Shown here: positions 62,152 to 64,000 of the stretch, piece after piece
Layout: each line of letters begins with the position of its first letter
Position numbering within the stretch: the first letter of the stretch is position 1
Source: Lama glama
Taxonomy: Eukaryota
Direction: 5' to 3'
Assembly: GCA_028534125.1 (NCBI GenBank)
Contig: CM052817.1
Span: forward strand, 71,674,001-71,738,000
Length of the DNA: 64,000 nt
Program-made: the position numbers and the translations under genes
The notes under the pieces: generated by a model
The model's input: the letters and a program-made list of their open reading frames with translations, nothing else
Told to the model about the DNA's origin: nothing
Databases searched by the model: none

Positions 62152-63017
62152 TTGTCAGTGGAAGACACTCAGCAGACAAGGACAACAGGGCACAGTAGAT
62201 CTGCAGGGCCCCCAGATGGTGGTGGCAAACCTGCAGGCACTGGATGGGCTTCTGACCAGGGTGGTGGTAGCAGTGGTGGCTGCCATCTGTTCAGCCTAAT
62301 TCCCTCTGTTCACATAGTCTTTCCAAGTTCAGTGCCTTTCATCTTAGACCCTAACATGCCCTTCCAGAGTTTTGCCCCATCAACCTCAGTACTCCTCTCC
62401 TGGTTCACAAAAGTTTCATCTAGTTTATTGAGACAGAGCCGGCTGGGCCTCCCTCCATTCTCTTCCACACGATTGTTAAAGCATAAACTCTGTGGTTTTC
62501 TTTTTCCTCACCTTCTGTTTTTATTATTAAATGCCTTTCCAACCGGGCTCTTGCAAATCAAAAGGTTTTGGCTTTCAAATTTATTGTGTGGGCATGAAAA
62601 GCCTATTCTGGGGTCAAAAACTTAACTTTTACTCCCCCCCCACTTCATTCTAATAATATTCCTAATGGTAATGTGGATACCACAACGCAATTTTCACCCA
62701 CATATAAGGAAGTCCAAAGAAAATTAGAGGTTAATCATTCAATGTATTATCTCTAATGATACAAATGTTCTTGATGGACACATAAAACTATTACATTAGC
62801 TTATTTAATGCTCACATTAACTATGAGGTAGGTATTATATTTCTATTTTGTAGCTAGAGAAAGTCAGGTTTCATTCTTAGGCACAGAAAAAAGTAGTAGA
62901 ATGATATAGTAAAACGAGCTGCGCTGAAGTCTAGTGTCAGTTTTATCTTCATTTTTCTCATGTACACAATGAGGAAGTTTATTTTTAAAACACTTCAAAC
63001 TCTAAAATTTGAAATAG

Positions 63018-63308
63018 AAGTCTACGATCCTTATCTAAAACCTTTGTGACTTGTACACTGGAATTCAGAAATTTTCAGATTTGTGAAAGGTACTATTGAG
63101 TAACTACAGCGGGATCTGGGGCAGCACCTTATATATCAAACAGTAATATTTCTGCAGCAATATTTTTGTACTGAGAAAAATAAGAATTATTTTAAAAAAC
63201 TCCTATCAGTTCAGGTTAGATGATACTACCATATTAGTTTGCTTAGAACATATGAAGAACTTTAGATTTTCAGAACTTGTTGGATTTTACAGTTGTGGAA
63301 ACTGGACT
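63018..63308. mobile_element. Ancient TcMar-Tigger-class DNA element relic
   Basis: aagtctacgatccttatctaaaacc...ggaattcagaaattttcagatttgtgaaagg...ttggattttacagttgtggaaactggac with degenerate inverted ends. Confidence 0.45.
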
Positions 63309-64000
63309 AATGAAAGGATTGGAAGTTATCATCAGTGATGCAAAATATTTTATCTTATTATTAATAGTGTCAGATTCATAAAACTGATATGTAGAGTGGA
63401 ACATTGCATAGTAAGTGCTTATCACATTATCTGGAAATTTTTAAGTACTCAGACTAATAAGTAATCATAATGATTGCACATAAAAGAAATGACAGTAACC
63501 AATTAGAATCAATTATCACAGCTTAAATTCTCTCTCAAATTCCTGGAGACCCTTAATTAAAAGGACAATATTAACAACTCTAAAAGCCTTCTTTACCGTA
63601 GATTTCCACAGGATAAGAGAAAAGCAACAACAACAGTGATAAAGCAGATGTATTACAGAATAATCAGCAGCATATAGGCTTCAGAAGGCATAGATTCTAC
63701 ATCCAACACTAGCCCAGCAGATTCAGTGCTTTGAGCCATGACCAACAGTATCCAACAGTGGTATATCTAGAAAATTTAATTCACTCAGGGATTTTACTAT
63801 CTTTAAAAAGTAAATATATGAATTCATGCTAGGTTCTTGAAGCTGTACAAACTTCATATATATATGCATACATATGTGTATATATGTATAAAATTTATAC
63901 AAAACCTTTGTATTTAACCTTTAATAGAGTCCTTAATGATAAAGGTATATGTGACTTCTTAGAAGTTAAGAAGAAGAAAGAATATACATGGATATCTCCC

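Noticed and set aside
62152..62625. 157-aa ORF in intron 3 as a possible ENPEP exon 4
   Set aside because: No M1 aminopeptidase similarity; the expected continuation was not found in the window.

Overview
Mammalian (eutherian) genomic DNA. It is probably a laurasiatherian or cetartiodactyl: artiodactyl-type L1 3' UTRs are present, and I saw no Alu, B1, PRE-1, Bov-tA or CHR-2 SINEs, so a camelid is a guess only. The window holds about 41 kb of repeat-rich upstream sequence, then the promoter and first three coding exons of ENPEP (glutamyl aminopeptidase / aminopeptidase A, M1 family) on the + strand: 41380-42005, 55498-55639 and 57643-57774. The gene continues past the right edge. The rest is L1, L2, MIR, LTR and DNA-transposon relics plus two assembly gaps. 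I found no prokaryotic systems and no convincing new biological system. The most unusual items are retrotransposition oddities (a poly(A) retro-fragment nested in a solo LTR, a tail-less internal L1 piece with a target-site duplication, an internally deleted L1), a young betaretrovirus-like LTR cut by a gap, a 96-nt hairpin, two tentative ERVL-gag-like relics and a short uORF just before the ENPEP start. Repeat family names and ortholog comparisons come from memory, not from a database search.
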